Shown piece by piece: positions 18,370 through 28,746 of a DNA stretch of 64,000 nt. Within the stretch, counting starts at the first letter, position 1, and each line of letters begins with the position of its first letter. The stretch is from Spirochaetales bacterium (GTDB lineage Bacteria > Spirochaetota > Spirochaetia > SZUA-6 > JAFGRV01), in assembly GCA_016928415.1 (NCBI GenBank), contig JAFGKU010000097.1, forward strand, positions 3,229 through 67,228, written 5' to 3'. The notes below the pieces were generated by a model, which saw nothing but the letters and a program-made list of their open reading frames with translations, did no database searches and was not told where the DNA came from. Both the position numbers and the translations under genes were made by a program.

Positions 18370-18568
18370 GAATCCCCCTTTAAAATCGCGATTGCCTTTT
18401 TGGATTGCATGCCGGTTTTTCATTCCATGCCGCGAACAGCCGTCGCCTCATTATAATTTATAAAGCTGTTAAACGCAACAAACTTTTCCGGGAAGCGGTA
18501 AAATTCACAGCCGAATTACAGGCAGCGGCAAATCCCGGTATTCATTGAGAAATGTTCTGCGGGCAGGT

Positions 18569-18597
18569 TTGACATTTTAAGGGGAATTCGGTATGGT
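18569..18597 (+). promoter_or_regulatory. Sigma70-like promoter for proS
   Basis: TTGACA-N17-TATGGT. Confidence 0.6.
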
Positions 18598-18615
18598 ACA
18601 GCCGGAGGTTTACAC

Positions 18616-20139
18616 ATGGCGCAGAATAAGAGGACGGCAATCAATCCCACACGTGAAGAGGATTATCCCGAATGGTACCAGCAGGTTATCAAGGCGGCGG
18701 ACTTAGCAGAAAATTCCCCTGTTCGCGGTTGCATGGTAATTAAACCCTGGGGATACACGCTCTGGGAAAATATCCGGAAGGTACTGGACGGTAAGTTCAA
18801 GGAAACGGGGCACAGGAACGCCTACTTCCCCCTGTTCATTCCAAAAAGCTTTCTGGAAAAGGAAGCGGAGCACGTGGAAGGGTTTGCCAAGGAATGCGCC
18901 GTTGTAACGCATCACCGGCTTGAAGCGGGACCGGAGGGAAACCTGGTGCCCGCGGGCGAACTGGAGGAGCCGTTAGTTGTCAGGCCCACGTCGGAGACGA
19001 TCATCGGCGCCATGTTCGCAAGGTGGGTCCAGTCGTACAGGGACCTTCCCCTTCTCATAAACCAATGGGCCAATGTCGTCCGCTGGGAAATGCGCACGCG
19101 GCTGTTCCTGCGCACGGCGGAATTCCTCTGGCAGGAAGGGCACACGGCGCACGCCACGGCGGAGGAGGCGCAGGAGGAAACGATGCGGATGCTCGATGTG
19201 TATGCCGACTTCGCCGAAAAATACATGGCCATCCCCGTAATAAAGGGGGAGAAAACCGAATCGGAACGTTTTCCCGGAGCGGTTTCCACCTACTGCATAG
19301 AAGCGATGATGCAGGACAGGAAGGCCCTTCAGGCCGGGACAAGCCATTTTCTGGGACAGAATTTTGCCCGGGCATCGGAGATAAAATACTTAAGCGACAA
19401 GGGAAGCGAGGAATTTGCCTGGACCACTTCCTGGGGTGTCTCCACACGCCTGATCGGTGCCATGGTTATGACCCACGGGGATGACGACGGCCTCGTTCTT
19501 CCCCCGAAACTTGCCCCCGCCCATGTCGTGATTCTTCCGGTTCTTCACAAGGAGACGGACAGAAAAGAAGTTTTACAATACTGTGATACATTTATAAAAG
19601 AGCTTAAGCAGGTCCAATACAATGGATCCCCCGTTTCTATTGAATTCGATACAAGGGACCTTCGCGGCGGCGAAAAGACCTGGTCCTGGATCAAGAAAGG
19701 CATACCGGTCTGGGTTGAGGTGGGTATGCGTGATATTGAAAAAGGCGAAGTGTTTGTTGCAAGGCGGGATAAGGAAAAGTGGGGTAAGACAGGCATGAAG
19801 CGCCGGGAGTTCCTGGAAAAGCTTCCTTCCATCCTGGATGATATACAGGAAAACCTTTTAAAAAAGGCATTGGATTTCAGGGTAAAAAATACGGTTAACA
19901 TAGACAGCAAAGAGGAATTTTATTCCTATTTTACACCGCGGAACAAAAACAAGCCGGAAATCCACGGCGGTTTTGCCATGTGCCATTTTGCCGGAGATAC
20001 GGCTGTTGAGGAAGCTATAAAAAAGGATTTGAACGTCACGGTACGCTGCATTCCCCTGGATGCCGAGGCGGAAAAAGGCAAATGTTTCTTTACCGGCAAG
20101 GAAAGCAGCAGGAGGATTGTTTTCGGTAAATCTTATTAA
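18616..20139 (+). CDS. proS: Proline--tRNA ligase, archaeal/eukaryote-like type
   Basis: HVEGFAKE, RPTSET, QWANVVRWE, FLWQEGHT, QAGTSHFLGQNF and TSWGVSTRLIG. No INS editing domain. Confidence 0.97.
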   Translation: MAQNKRTAINPTREEDYPEWYQQVIKAADLAENSPVRGCMVIKPWGYTLWENIRKVLDGKFKETGHRNAYFPLFIPKSFLEKEAEHVEGFAKECAVVTHHRLEAGPEGNLVPAGELEEPLVVRPTSETIIGAMFARWVQSYRDLPLLINQWANVVRWEMRTRLFLRTAEFLWQEGHTAHATAEEAQEETMRMLDVYADFAEKYMAIPVIKGEKTESERFPGAVSTYCIEAMMQDRKALQAGTSHFLGQNFARASEIKYLSDKGSEEFAWTTSWGVSTRLIGAMVMTHGDDDGLVLPPKLAPAHVVILPVLHKETDRKEVLQYCDTFIKELKQVQYNGSPVSIEFDTRDLRGGEKTWSWIKKGIPVWVEVGMRDIEKGEVFVARRDKEKWGKTGMKRREFLEKLPSILDDIQENLLKKALDFRVKNTVNIDSKEEFYSYFTPRNKNKPEIHGGFAMCHFAGDTAVEEAIKKDLNVTVRCIPLDAEAEKGKCFFTGKESSRRIVFGKSY

Positions 20140-20203
20140 ATAATCAATACGTAAAAAGACTTGAAAATCGGGCTGATTTTAACGAATATTGTATCTAGGG
20201 TAA

Positions 20204-22150
20204 ATGGAAATGGACACCCAATCGGCAAAAAAGACGCTTTTACTGGTTTCCGTCGGCAATAAGGCACGTACCATAAAATCCACATTAAAAAAGAATGCTG
20301 CCAATCTTTTCTTGATAAATGAAAGCCGCTCCCTGTCGTCCGCCCTGGAGTTTCTTGAAAAAAATCCGTGTCACATCATACTGCTTGATATGAATCTCAA
20401 GGATTCCCCCGGTCTTGAATCGTTGAAGGTTGTTTATGATAAATATCCGCAATTGCCCGTGATCGTCGTTCTCGATGACAGCGAGCAGATTGATTACATG
20501 GAGCTGATTGTCAACGGCGCACAGGAGTGCCTGCCCATGGCCGAATTCAAGGATGAAAATATTGTCAAGTATATTCATTCCGCCATCAAGCGCAAGGAAA
20601 TGGAAATCAACACAATCAATCTGAAGGATGAGTACGAAGGCATCAAGGTGCTTTTAAGCGAATTGAAAAAAAGAAATGAAGAGCTGACCAAAATGGACCA
20701 GCTGAAAACCAATTTTATTTCAATTGTTTCCCATGAATTGAGAACACCTCTTACTTACATAAAGGAAGGAATATCCCAGGTTTTGGAAGGGCTCCATGGT
20801 GAAATTAATGAAGACCAGAGGGAATTCCTCTCTATCTCCCTGGAGGGAGTGGACCGGCTGAAGGAAATCGTCAATAACCTTCTCGATATTTCCAAAATCG
20901 AGGCAGGCAGGATACAATTACGCAAGTCTTTCATGGATATTAATGAAGTTGTTACCAGGGTAGTCAATGATTTTCAAACCGTGTACCGGAAAAAAGGCAT
21001 TGTTCTGGATTTAGACCTGCCGGGGACACCGCTTAACACATATATTGACCGGGAGAAAATTATTCAGGTTATTACCAATCTTCTGTCCAATGCCTATAAA
21101 TTTACCGAACGCGGAAAAGTGACCGTCAAGGTTGAGGATAAGCCGGGTTATGTATTATTGTCGGTCCGGGATACGGGTGTGGGAATTACCGAAGAAAATT
21201 TAAACAAGGTATTCGATAAATTCGTGCAGGTAGGAAGGACGGACGGGCCGGGTATCAAGGGGACCGGCCTGGGTCTGGGTATTGCCCGCGGCCTGGTGGA
21301 GCAGCACCGGGGAAAAATGTGGGCTGAATCCGAATCGGGCAGGGGCAGTGTATTTTTTTTCAGTATTCCCTATCTCGATTCACTGCAGGTAGTGCAGGAA
21401 GTTATCCGGGATTCGATTATTGATGCTGATTTGCACAAGTCGGAATTTGTCATTCTTTTGGTAAAAATTGAAAATATAGACTATTTGGAGCCGGATGTGT
21501 TTCAATTGGGCACGGATACCGTGCTCAATTCCATAGAAGATATTGTGAGAAATGTCCTGAGACGGGGCACGGACCAGATATACCGGTTGTCGCGGGATGA
21601 ATCGATAATCATTCTTCCGGATACGAAATGGGAAGGGGCCCTTTCACTGCGTCACCGGTTTACGGAAAAAACAAGGGCCTACCTGGGTGAATTGGAGAAT
21701 GATTACAGGATAAAGGTTAATATTGATCTCGGGATGTCCGGATTTCCCAGGGATTCGGATAAATCGGATATCCTCCTGGAAAAGGCAAGGGCGAACCGGA
21801 AAGACCTTTACCTGGGTGATGAACGGCGGCACGCAAGCCGGCTGCCCGTGGATATGATCATAATCGGCGCCAATAATGACGGGGAAAAAAAGGAATTCAA
21901 GACCATCAACATCAGTCTCGGCGGGGTTTGTTTCATTTCGCGGAAATATATCAGCCTTCCGGAACATAACGAAATCGAAATATGTTTACCGGAGGAATAC
22001 GGAAATATCCGTGTAAAAACCGTCATATCATGGACGGAAAAACTGGAGGACCTGGATGAGTACCAGATCGGATTGAAATTCATGGATCTTGGAGATAAAG
22101 AAAGGGACAAACTGTTCAGGTTTATTGAATTGTCAAACAGGAAAGCCTGA
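20204..22150 (+). CDS. Hybrid histidine kinase: receiver-like, HisKA, HATPase, degenerate GGDEF, PilZ
   Basis: SHELRTPL H-box, NLLSNAYKFT, DTGVGI and GTGLGL. GGDEF-like segment RRGTDQIYRLSRDES. PilZ motifs RRHASR and NISLGG. Confidence 0.85.
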   Translation: MEMDTQSAKKTLLLVSVGNKARTIKSTLKKNAANLFLINESRSLSSALEFLEKNPCHIILLDMNLKDSPGLESLKVVYDKYPQLPVIVVLDDSEQIDYMELIVNGAQECLPMAEFKDENIVKYIHSAIKRKEMEINTINLKDEYEGIKVLLSELKKRNEELTKMDQLKTNFISIVSHELRTPLTYIKEGISQVLEGLHGEINEDQREFLSISLEGVDRLKEIVNNLLDISKIEAGRIQLRKSFMDINEVVTRVVNDFQTVYRKKGIVLDLDLPGTPLNTYIDREKIIQVITNLLSNAYKFTERGKVTVKVEDKPGYVLLSVRDTGVGITEENLNKVFDKFVQVGRTDGPGIKGTGLGLGIARGLVEQHRGKMWAESESGRGSVFFFSIPYLDSLQVVQEVIRDSIIDADLHKSEFVILLVKIENIDYLEPDVFQLGTDTVLNSIEDIVRNVLRRGTDQIYRLSRDESIIILPDTKWEGALSLRHRFTEKTRAYLGELENDYRIKVNIDLGMSGFPRDSDKSDILLEKARANRKDLYLGDERRHASRLPVDMIIIGANNDGEKKEFKTINISLGGVCFISRKYISLPEHNEIEICLPEEYGNIRVKTVISWTEKLEDLDEYQIGLKFMDLGDKERDKLFRFIELSNRKA

Positions 22151-22176
22151 TTATAAGTTATATATGGAGGCAATAG

Positions 22177-22551
22177 ATGAATGAAAAGATCTTGATAGTG
22201 GACGACGAACCGCATATAGTCAAGATGGTGGCAGCCCGGCTTAAATCGCTGGGGTATACTGTTGAATCGGCCTTTAACGGTGAAGAAGGATTGGAAAAAA
22301 CCCGCCAATGGAAGCCGGATTTGATCATCCTGGATGTCATGATGCCTAAAATGGACGGTCCGACCATGGCCGCGGAGCTGAAGGAAGACCAGTCCATAAA
22401 CCAAATTCCCATTATATTCCTCACGGCACTTATTAAACGCGAAGAGGATGAAGCACAAAACCATATGGTCGGGGGTAATTATTTTCTAGCTAAACCGTTT
22501 GATCCGTTGGAGCTCATCAATATGGTTAAAAGCGTGTTAAAAAATAATTGA
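22177..22551 (+). CDS. Single-domain response regulator
   Basis: ILIVDD, LIILDVMMP, FLTA and LAKPF all intact. Confidence 0.93.
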   Translation: MNEKILIVDDEPHIVKMVAARLKSLGYTVESAFNGEEGLEKTRQWKPDLIILDVMMPKMDGPTMAAELKEDQSINQIPIIFLTALIKREEDEAQNHMVGGNYFLAKPFDPLELINMVKSVLKNN

Positions 22552-22611
22552 TTATGATTTATAGCGGAATATTGATTTTCCGATAATGTTTCTAGAGGTA
22601 CCTTTAACGTT

Positions 22612-24102
22612 ATGGGTAAAAAATACGTATTTTTTTCGCTTTTTCTGGCAATAACCGCATTTTTATTCCCTTTTGACAAGCAAATTCGTCTCGGGAAAGA
22701 ACAGAAATGGACTTCCCTAATCAGCAGGCAGGGCGTGGTATTGGAGAAAGGAAGGTGGGGTCTCTGGGATATCAGGCTCAAGGACCAGGAAAACGCTGAA
22801 GAAAAGACCACGGATTTATTGCTTCATTTTAACAGCATGAATTTCAGTGATGTTTCAGGGCTTTACAGGCTGGAATCGGGTAATCCCCTCATTTCGCTTA
22901 AAACAAAGGTCCTGGGAAAAGGGAGCGCCGCCTTCAGCGGAAGCGACAATGCATTGACTCTTTATCCCTCACGGCAGAGCCTACTGGGTTCGGAATCGGT
23001 TTTAAGGGATTTTACCATCCAGTTCTGGCTCTATCCCGTTACCTTGTCGGATGGTGAAGAAATTTTAACTTTTCACAGCGCTTTGTTCATCAAGGATGAT
23101 CTGAGGGACCAGTCCATTCATTGTTATATCAAGAGCAGGACCCTGGTTTTCGATTTTGTGAATTTTTTCATGCCCGGCGACAAATCAGCTTTTTCAGTCA
23201 GCCTTAAAGGGCTTGTTCCCCTTATCCCCAGGGTCTGGCGCCATCATCTTATCCGGTTTGACTCCGGAACGGGGCTTCTTGAATATTGTGTGGATGGAAG
23301 GCCTGAAGACATCCGTTATGCAACAAAGTCGGGCAAGGAAGAGACAACGGTTTATCCGGCAATGCCGGGCGCCGAAAAGGTAAGTACGTTAGTTTTGGGA
23401 AGCCGTTATACGGGGATGATGGATGAATTTACAATTTCAAGGGAATTCGTCCGGGCTCCTGTCCTCTCGAAATATTCCACCGAACCGGGAAAAGCCTATT
23501 CCAGGGTATTTGACCTGGTTTACACGTCCACACGTGTGAAGAAAATCGACGCGGTTTTTACTAAACCGGAGAATTCCGAAATTTATTTTTATTATAAAGT
23601 CTCCGATTCATTGGAATCTCACGACGCCGTGAATGCTCCCTGGATTCCGTTCAATCCTGGCCAGGTTTTTGAACATGTGACCAAGGGACGTTATATCCAG
23701 GTCCTGTTCGAACTGTACCCTGACGGCACGGGTAATTTAACCCCTTCACTATCCGATGTCGTGATCACGTACGAAGAGGACCTGCCGCCATCACCGCCCG
23801 CGGATGTCGGCGTTGAAGCGGGCGATGAAACGGTTACCCTTTACTGGAAAAGCGTCAAGGAGCAGGATGTAAAGGGATACCTTGTTTTTTACGGTGAGAG
23901 ACCGGGCAATTATAATGGAAGGGGAAGCCTCCAGGGTGATTCTCCCATCGATGTCGGCATGGTGACTTCCTTTAAACTGGAAAATCTGAAAAACGGCCGG
24001 CTGTATTTCTTTACCGTGGTGGCCTATGATTCCTCGGAGCCGCCCCACCAAAGCCTGTTTTCCAGGGAAGTGTCCATAAGGCCTTCTCCCATAGCAGAAT
24101 AA
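22612..24102 (+). CDS. Exported LamG/ConA-like plus fibronectin type III protein
   Basis: Signal peptide, DFTIQFWLYP..W.H..YTGMMDEF (LamG) and C-terminal VTLYWK..GYLVFYG..YFFTVVAYD (FN3). Confidence 0.75.
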   Translation: MGKKYVFFSLFLAITAFLFPFDKQIRLGKEQKWTSLISRQGVVLEKGRWGLWDIRLKDQENAEEKTTDLLLHFNSMNFSDVSGLYRLESGNPLISLKTKVLGKGSAAFSGSDNALTLYPSRQSLLGSESVLRDFTIQFWLYPVTLSDGEEILTFHSALFIKDDLRDQSIHCYIKSRTLVFDFVNFFMPGDKSAFSVSLKGLVPLIPRVWRHHLIRFDSGTGLLEYCVDGRPEDIRYATKSGKEETTVYPAMPGAEKVSTLVLGSRYTGMMDEFTISREFVRAPVLSKYSTEPGKAYSRVFDLVYTSTRVKKIDAVFTKPENSEIYFYYKVSDSLESHDAVNAPWIPFNPGQVFEHVTKGRYIQVLFELYPDGTGNLTPSLSDVVITYEEDLPPSPPADVGVEAGDETVTLYWKSVKEQDVKGYLVFYGERPGNYNGRGSLQGDSPIDVGMVTSFKLENLKNGRLYFFTVVAYDSSEPPHQSLFSREVSIRPSPIAE

Positions 24103-24106
24103 GATT

Positions 24107-27100
24107 ATGAAGGTAGCGGAGCTTTTAACACGAATACGCCATGCCATAAAAATGAGGGATTTCAGGGCCGCTGAAATCCTTCTTTATAAAATTCTTCATC
24201 ATACCCCGCATTTTGTGACCGCCTATCTGTTGCTGGGAATTGTATACCAGAAGAGGGGACAGTACGGCAAGGCGAAAGAGAGCTTCCGCAAGGTTCTCAG
24301 TTACCAGCCGGAAAACCTGGATGCGCTCAACAACCTGGGGATTGTCTACAAGGAAACGGGCAATTACGAAGAGGCATTGACCGTCTACAACAAGGCCCTG
24401 GAAATAGACGCGGAGAGACCCGATGTTCATTTCAACATAGGCAATGTCTTTAAGGCGGTCTCGGACTATGAAACGGCGATGGAGGAGTACAATACCGCCA
24501 TCGATTTAAAACCGGAATACACGCCGCCGTATAACAACCTTGGTGTTATCCTTGAAGCCATGGACAGGAAGGAAGAGGCGGTCAATGCTTACAAAACAGG
24601 GCTCAGGTATGACAGCAACAATCCCAACCTTCTTCTCAACCTGGGACGGCTCATGGAAAACCGGAGAAAGTACGACAGGGCGAAGACGCAGTACGAAATG
24701 GCACTCAAGGCGAAACCGGGATGGATAGACGCGCTTAGCATGTTAGGCGGTTTGCAGGGGAAAATGGGTGACCATAAAAATGCCATCAACACCCTGAACA
24801 GCGTACTCAAGATCAATCCGCAGAATTTCAATGCCCTTTTCAACATAGGGCTGGAGTACGGCCGGCTGAATGACGTGGATAAGGCGGTGGATTATTATAA
24901 GCGCGCCCTGGAAACCAATCCGGAGTACCGGTCCATCATGCTTTCTTTCGGGTCTTTCCTGGAAAGCGAGGGATATTTCGTAGAATCGCTTAAGGAGCTC
25001 GAAGAGCTGATGCGCCGCGACCCTGACAATCCCGAGGCGCGGTTTGCGTATGTCAATGTATTGATCTCCATGGGGCGCTATGTGAGGGCCTTGAAAAGCA
25101 TCCGGGGTATGCTTCGTTTTGACCCCTCCAATGAAAAGGCCCTCCAGCTTTTAATGACCATATACCTCATGCTTAAAAAATACATCAAGGCGGATAAAAT
25201 TTTTGCAACATTGGGTAAAAAAAATGCCGGCAACTACCTTTACGACTTTAAGATTCAGGAAATTATCACTGACAAGGAAAGCCTTAAAACGCATTTTGAA
25301 GATATCAAAAGACTGATAAGTGTCTTTGACGAGGATATTAATTTCATCCTTTTCTGGGGTGAAATTTATTTTAACCATAAATTATACGATCAAGCCCTTG
25401 AATTGTTCCTCCTTGGCTGTGAGATAAAACCCAGGTTCGTAAAATCGCATCATTTTATTGCCCGTATTCTCATCCAGCAAGGAAAAATCAGGGAAGCGAT
25501 GGACATGTTGACAAAGATCATCAATATCCAGGGTACGCGTATTACCAAGCAGGATATGCAGGACCTCATGGGCACCCTGGACCTTTATGAAGGTGTCCTG
25601 GAGAAGTATGACAGGGAAAAAATCGATTCCAAGGGAAAATACTCCATAAAAAATTATTTTGACGAACACGGGGACATGAAGACCGTCATCATCCCCGATA
25701 AATCAATAGAAGAAGATGCATTGGAACCCATCATAGACATCGGCGAACCGGAACCGCTCCTTCAAGTGAATGAGGAGGAGGAACTGCTGCGAATAGATGA
25801 AATGGCAGAGGAGATCGAGGAAGACATCGTGGAAATAAACGACCAGGAGCCTCCCCCCATGATGAACCTTCTCGAAAACCAGGAATTGTATGATGAATCG
25901 ATGATGCTGAAAATTCTCCAGGCTCAGCAGGAATTACTCAATGATATATCCCATAAGTTGAAGAAAGTGGAAAAAGACAGCGGTAATAAACAGGAGTCGT
26001 TACTTGAAGAAATGGCAACCAAAGAGGGCCTCCTTGATTCTATCGATAAAACGAAAGCAATTATTTCCGACGATAATATATCAGGAAAGGCTGAATCGTT
26101 TACCGGCAGCCAGACCGGAATGATGGGTGGCAGCCAGACCGGAATGATGGGTGGCAGTCAGACCGGAATGGGAACGGGCAAGACGGGAATAGCAGGCCAG
26201 AATACCGGGCAGGCGGGAATGATGGCGGGAAACAAGGGCCTGGAGGAAATGGCATCAAACCTGCTAAAGGACGGTACGGACAGAAAAAATTCCGGGGCGG
26301 ACAAGAATCAACCCGCCATGATGGATATTGACAAGGATTCGCTCATGTCCAAAATCATGATGACCCAGCAGGAAATCCTGCTCAATATATCTCAAAAGAT
26401 AAATTCGCTTAAGGACAATTTCCCGCCTGTTGACAGGACGCCGGCCGTTTCCAACAGAATACCCGGCATGCTGGAATCCATTACGCCGGAGCTGTTGAAC
26501 GGCCTGCAGAAGGGCATCAACAAACTGGCCGATTCGATGAAGAATCAATACAAGATCATCCCCATCCCTCTCGGGACGGATGTATCCTTTACACCTGACG
26601 GGAAGGCGGTTGTAAAGCCCCCGGACAGCAACATGGCCAAGATGGTTGAGGAGAAGCTTCAGAAGGCAAGCAATTCGCTGGAATCGCTGGAAGCCAAGGT
26701 GTTGAGGCAGGAAATGCGCGATTATATCAGGAAAATCCGGGACAAGCTTGAAGATACAAAAACCTTTGATGAAAAAACGGGAAAAGCGGTATTTAAACCG
26801 GCAAAGAAGACCGCCGGGAAGGAAGAAAAAGGCCTGCCGGATGATATCCTCAAGGCAAAGCTTGAAGAAGGCAAGGAAAAGCTGGAACACATCCGTGATA
26901 AAATATACAGCGCCATCAACAAAAACAGGATCGAGCACGGGGAAGAACCCCTCCACGTCAAGGGTCAGGGAACCAAAGCGGGGGGAACGGCTTTCGAGGA
27001 GATGGCGGAAGACATTGACGCGGCAGATACCGCTGCTGAACCGGAAAAGACGGCCGAGGTATCAGGAACAAAAACCAGGATACCTTTGAGAAAAAGGTTT

Positions 27101-27211
27101 ACCCTTTCGAACATACTCAACCGGATTATCGACTTTATCCCCGGATCAAAAATAAAACAGAGAATCAGGCGGACGTTCAAACGGCTTTTAAATATCGATT
27201 CCAATAAATAA
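24107..27211 (+). CDS. Large TPR-repeat protein with low-complexity C-terminal half
   Basis: Many canonical TPRs (LNNLGIVY, YNNLGVIL, FNIGLEY) followed by acidic, Gly/Met-rich and coiled-coil segments. Confidence 0.85.
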   Translation: MKVAELLTRIRHAIKMRDFRAAEILLYKILHHTPHFVTAYLLLGIVYQKRGQYGKAKESFRKVLSYQPENLDALNNLGIVYKETGNYEEALTVYNKALEIDAERPDVHFNIGNVFKAVSDYETAMEEYNTAIDLKPEYTPPYNNLGVILEAMDRKEEAVNAYKTGLRYDSNNPNLLLNLGRLMENRRKYDRAKTQYEMALKAKPGWIDALSMLGGLQGKMGDHKNAINTLNSVLKINPQNFNALFNIGLEYGRLNDVDKAVDYYKRALETNPEYRSIMLSFGSFLESEGYFVESLKELEELMRRDPDNPEARFAYVNVLISMGRYVRALKSIRGMLRFDPSNEKALQLLMTIYLMLKKYIKADKIFATLGKKNAGNYLYDFKIQEIITDKESLKTHFEDIKRLISVFDEDINFILFWGEIYFNHKLYDQALELFLLGCEIKPRFVKSHHFIARILIQQGKIREAMDMLTKIINIQGTRITKQDMQDLMGTLDLYEGVLEKYDREKIDSKGKYSIKNYFDEHGDMKTVIIPDKSIEEDALEPIIDIGEPEPLLQVNEEEELLRIDEMAEEIEEDIVEINDQEPPPMMNLLENQELYDESMMLKILQAQQELLNDISHKLKKVEKDSGNKQESLLEEMATKEGLLDSIDKTKAIISDDNISGKAESFTGSQTGMMGGSQTGMMGGSQTGMGTGKTGIAGQNTGQAGMMAGNKGLEEMASNLLKDGTDRKNSGADKNQPAMMDIDKDSLMSKIMMTQQEILLNISQKINSLKDNFPPVDRTPAVSNRIPGMLESITPELLNGLQKGINKLADSMKNQYKIIPIPLGTDVSFTPDGKAVVKPPDSNMAKMVEEKLQKASNSLESLEAKVLRQEMRDYIRKIRDKLEDTKTFDEKTGKAVFKPAKKTAGKEEKGLPDDILKAKLEEGKEKLEHIRDKIYSAINKNRIEHGEEPLHVKGQGTKAGGTAFEEMAEDIDAADTAAEPEKTAEVSGTKTRIPLRKRFTLSNILNRIIDFIPGSKIKQRIRRTFKRLLNIDSNK
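26105..26171 (+). repeat. In-frame 24-bp tandem repeat (about 2.8 copies)
   Basis: GGCAGCCAGACCGGAATGATGGGT twice plus GGCAGTCAGACCGGAATGG, encoding GSQTGMMG repeats. Confidence 0.9.
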
Positions 27212-27280
27212 ATATCAGCCCGTCCCTTGCATTCCAATGAAAATAATAATAAAGTTAAATAATAAGTAAGGGGGATTTCC

Positions 27281-28654
27281 ATGTTGAAAAAAATATTATT
27301 ATCATTCTTTGCCATGATTTTTATCATTTTGTTTTTCGGCTGCGTGAATACGCCCGTGACCGGGCATGACAAAGAATGGCAGCTAGTTTTTTCGGATGAA
27401 TTCAATGACAAGGAATTGAATACAGAATACTGGAGTTACCAGACCGGTACGGGTACGGATGCGTATCCCTTTATAGACGGCTGGGGAAACAAGGAATTAC
27501 AATATTATATGGAGAAAAACGTGACCATCGCGGACGGCAACCTGGTGATAACGGCAATGGACGACGGGCATGGAAGCAAGAAATATACCTCGGGGCGAAT
27601 CACGACAGCCTCCAAAGTAAGCATTAAATTCGGCAAGATAGAGGCGCGGGTGAAATTTCCCTCCGGCAAGGGCCTGTGGGCCGCCGTATGGATGCTTGGC
27701 AACAACCTACCGGATGTGAAATGGCCGGCCTGCGGCGAAATAGACATTTGTGAAATGGTGGGCGGCGAAGGGAGAGGTGATGCCACCGTATATGGTACCG
27801 CCCATTGGAGCGGGGAAAACGATAAATACTCCTCGGCCCAGGGTTCTTTAACCATAAAGGGGGGAATTCTTGCTGACGATTTCCATCTTGTCACTTTTCT
27901 TTGGGACGTGGATAAAATGCAATGGTTCCTGGACGGGGATTTGTTCCATGAGGTGCCCATAAACTCGTATTACCTGTCTGCTTTTCAAAAGGGGTTTTAC
28001 CTGTTGATCAACCTGGCCGTGGGCGGTACCTGGCCCGGTACCCCGGATGATTCAACGGCTTTCCCGCAGTCCCTGTACGTCGATTACGTGAAGGTGTACC
28101 GTGATGTGAACCTGGTGGAGCCCACACCATTCCCTTCACCGATACCCACCAGCACCAGCCCGGAAGACGCAACCCCGGCACCTTACGATGAAGCCATCAA
28201 AGAGGGTTTCCATTATTTTGACGGCGGAAAGGTTGAAGCGTGGGGCCCGGGAGAGCAGATCAATTTCTACGCCACGAAACAGGCCTTTGAAGGGGATGCC
28301 GCCATCGCGATTAAATTCCCAGGCGACAACTGGGGCGGCATTTATTATATGCTGAAATCACCCATAGATGCCTCCCGTTTCAAATACGTGAGTTTCATGA
28401 TTGCTCTGCCGGCATCTATCGCCGACCTGGAAGTAAAGGCGGAAGGACCGCAGGGAACGGGCAATGCGGTGAAGCTGTCGCTGTATGAACCGGTGGCAGA
28501 AAAAAAGGATTACAGGCAGTACAAAATACCCCTTGCCGATTTCGAAATGGACCTGAAGAAGGTGCAAGTGCCGTTTGAACTCTGGAATCCCGTGAATGCC
28601 GATGGCGGGTGGGCCGGCGGAGAGGTCATCTTTGACGGTGTCTGTTACGAATAG
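27281..28654 (+). CDS. GH16 beta-1,3-glucanase-like lipoprotein with C-terminal CBM-like domain
   Basis: Lipobox FFGC, WPACGEIDICE (ExDxxE), LLINLAVGG.WPG and a Pro/Thr linker. Confidence 0.88.
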   Translation: MLKKILLSFFAMIFIILFFGCVNTPVTGHDKEWQLVFSDEFNDKELNTEYWSYQTGTGTDAYPFIDGWGNKELQYYMEKNVTIADGNLVITAMDDGHGSKKYTSGRITTASKVSIKFGKIEARVKFPSGKGLWAAVWMLGNNLPDVKWPACGEIDICEMVGGEGRGDATVYGTAHWSGENDKYSSAQGSLTIKGGILADDFHLVTFLWDVDKMQWFLDGDLFHEVPINSYYLSAFQKGFYLLINLAVGGTWPGTPDDSTAFPQSLYVDYVKVYRDVNLVEPTPFPSPIPTSTSPEDATPAPYDEAIKEGFHYFDGGKVEAWGPGEQINFYATKQAFEGDAAIAIKFPGDNWGGIYYMLKSPIDASRFKYVSFMIALPASIADLEVKAEGPQGTGNAVKLSLYEPVAEKKDYRQYKIPLADFEMDLKKVQVPFELWNPVNADGGWAGGEVIFDGVCYE

Positions 28655-28694
28655 AGGATTGTCAAAGCCTGCAGGTTATTGATTTGAATATAAG

Positions 28695-28730
28695 AGGCAG
28701 CCGTTACTGAGGACGGCTGCCTTTTTCTTT
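28695..28730. terminator. Terminator hairpin between convergent GH16 and DEAD-box genes
   Basis: AGGCAGCCGT/ACGGCTGCCT stem followed by a T-run on the + strand. Confidence 0.75.
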
Positions 28731-28746
28731 AGTTATAAGATTTATA

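Noticed and set aside
22578-22595. GTTTCTAGAGGTACCTT resembling the clpC leader repeat
   Set aside because: Three mismatches in 17 bp and no partner arm, so it cannot be distinguished from chance.
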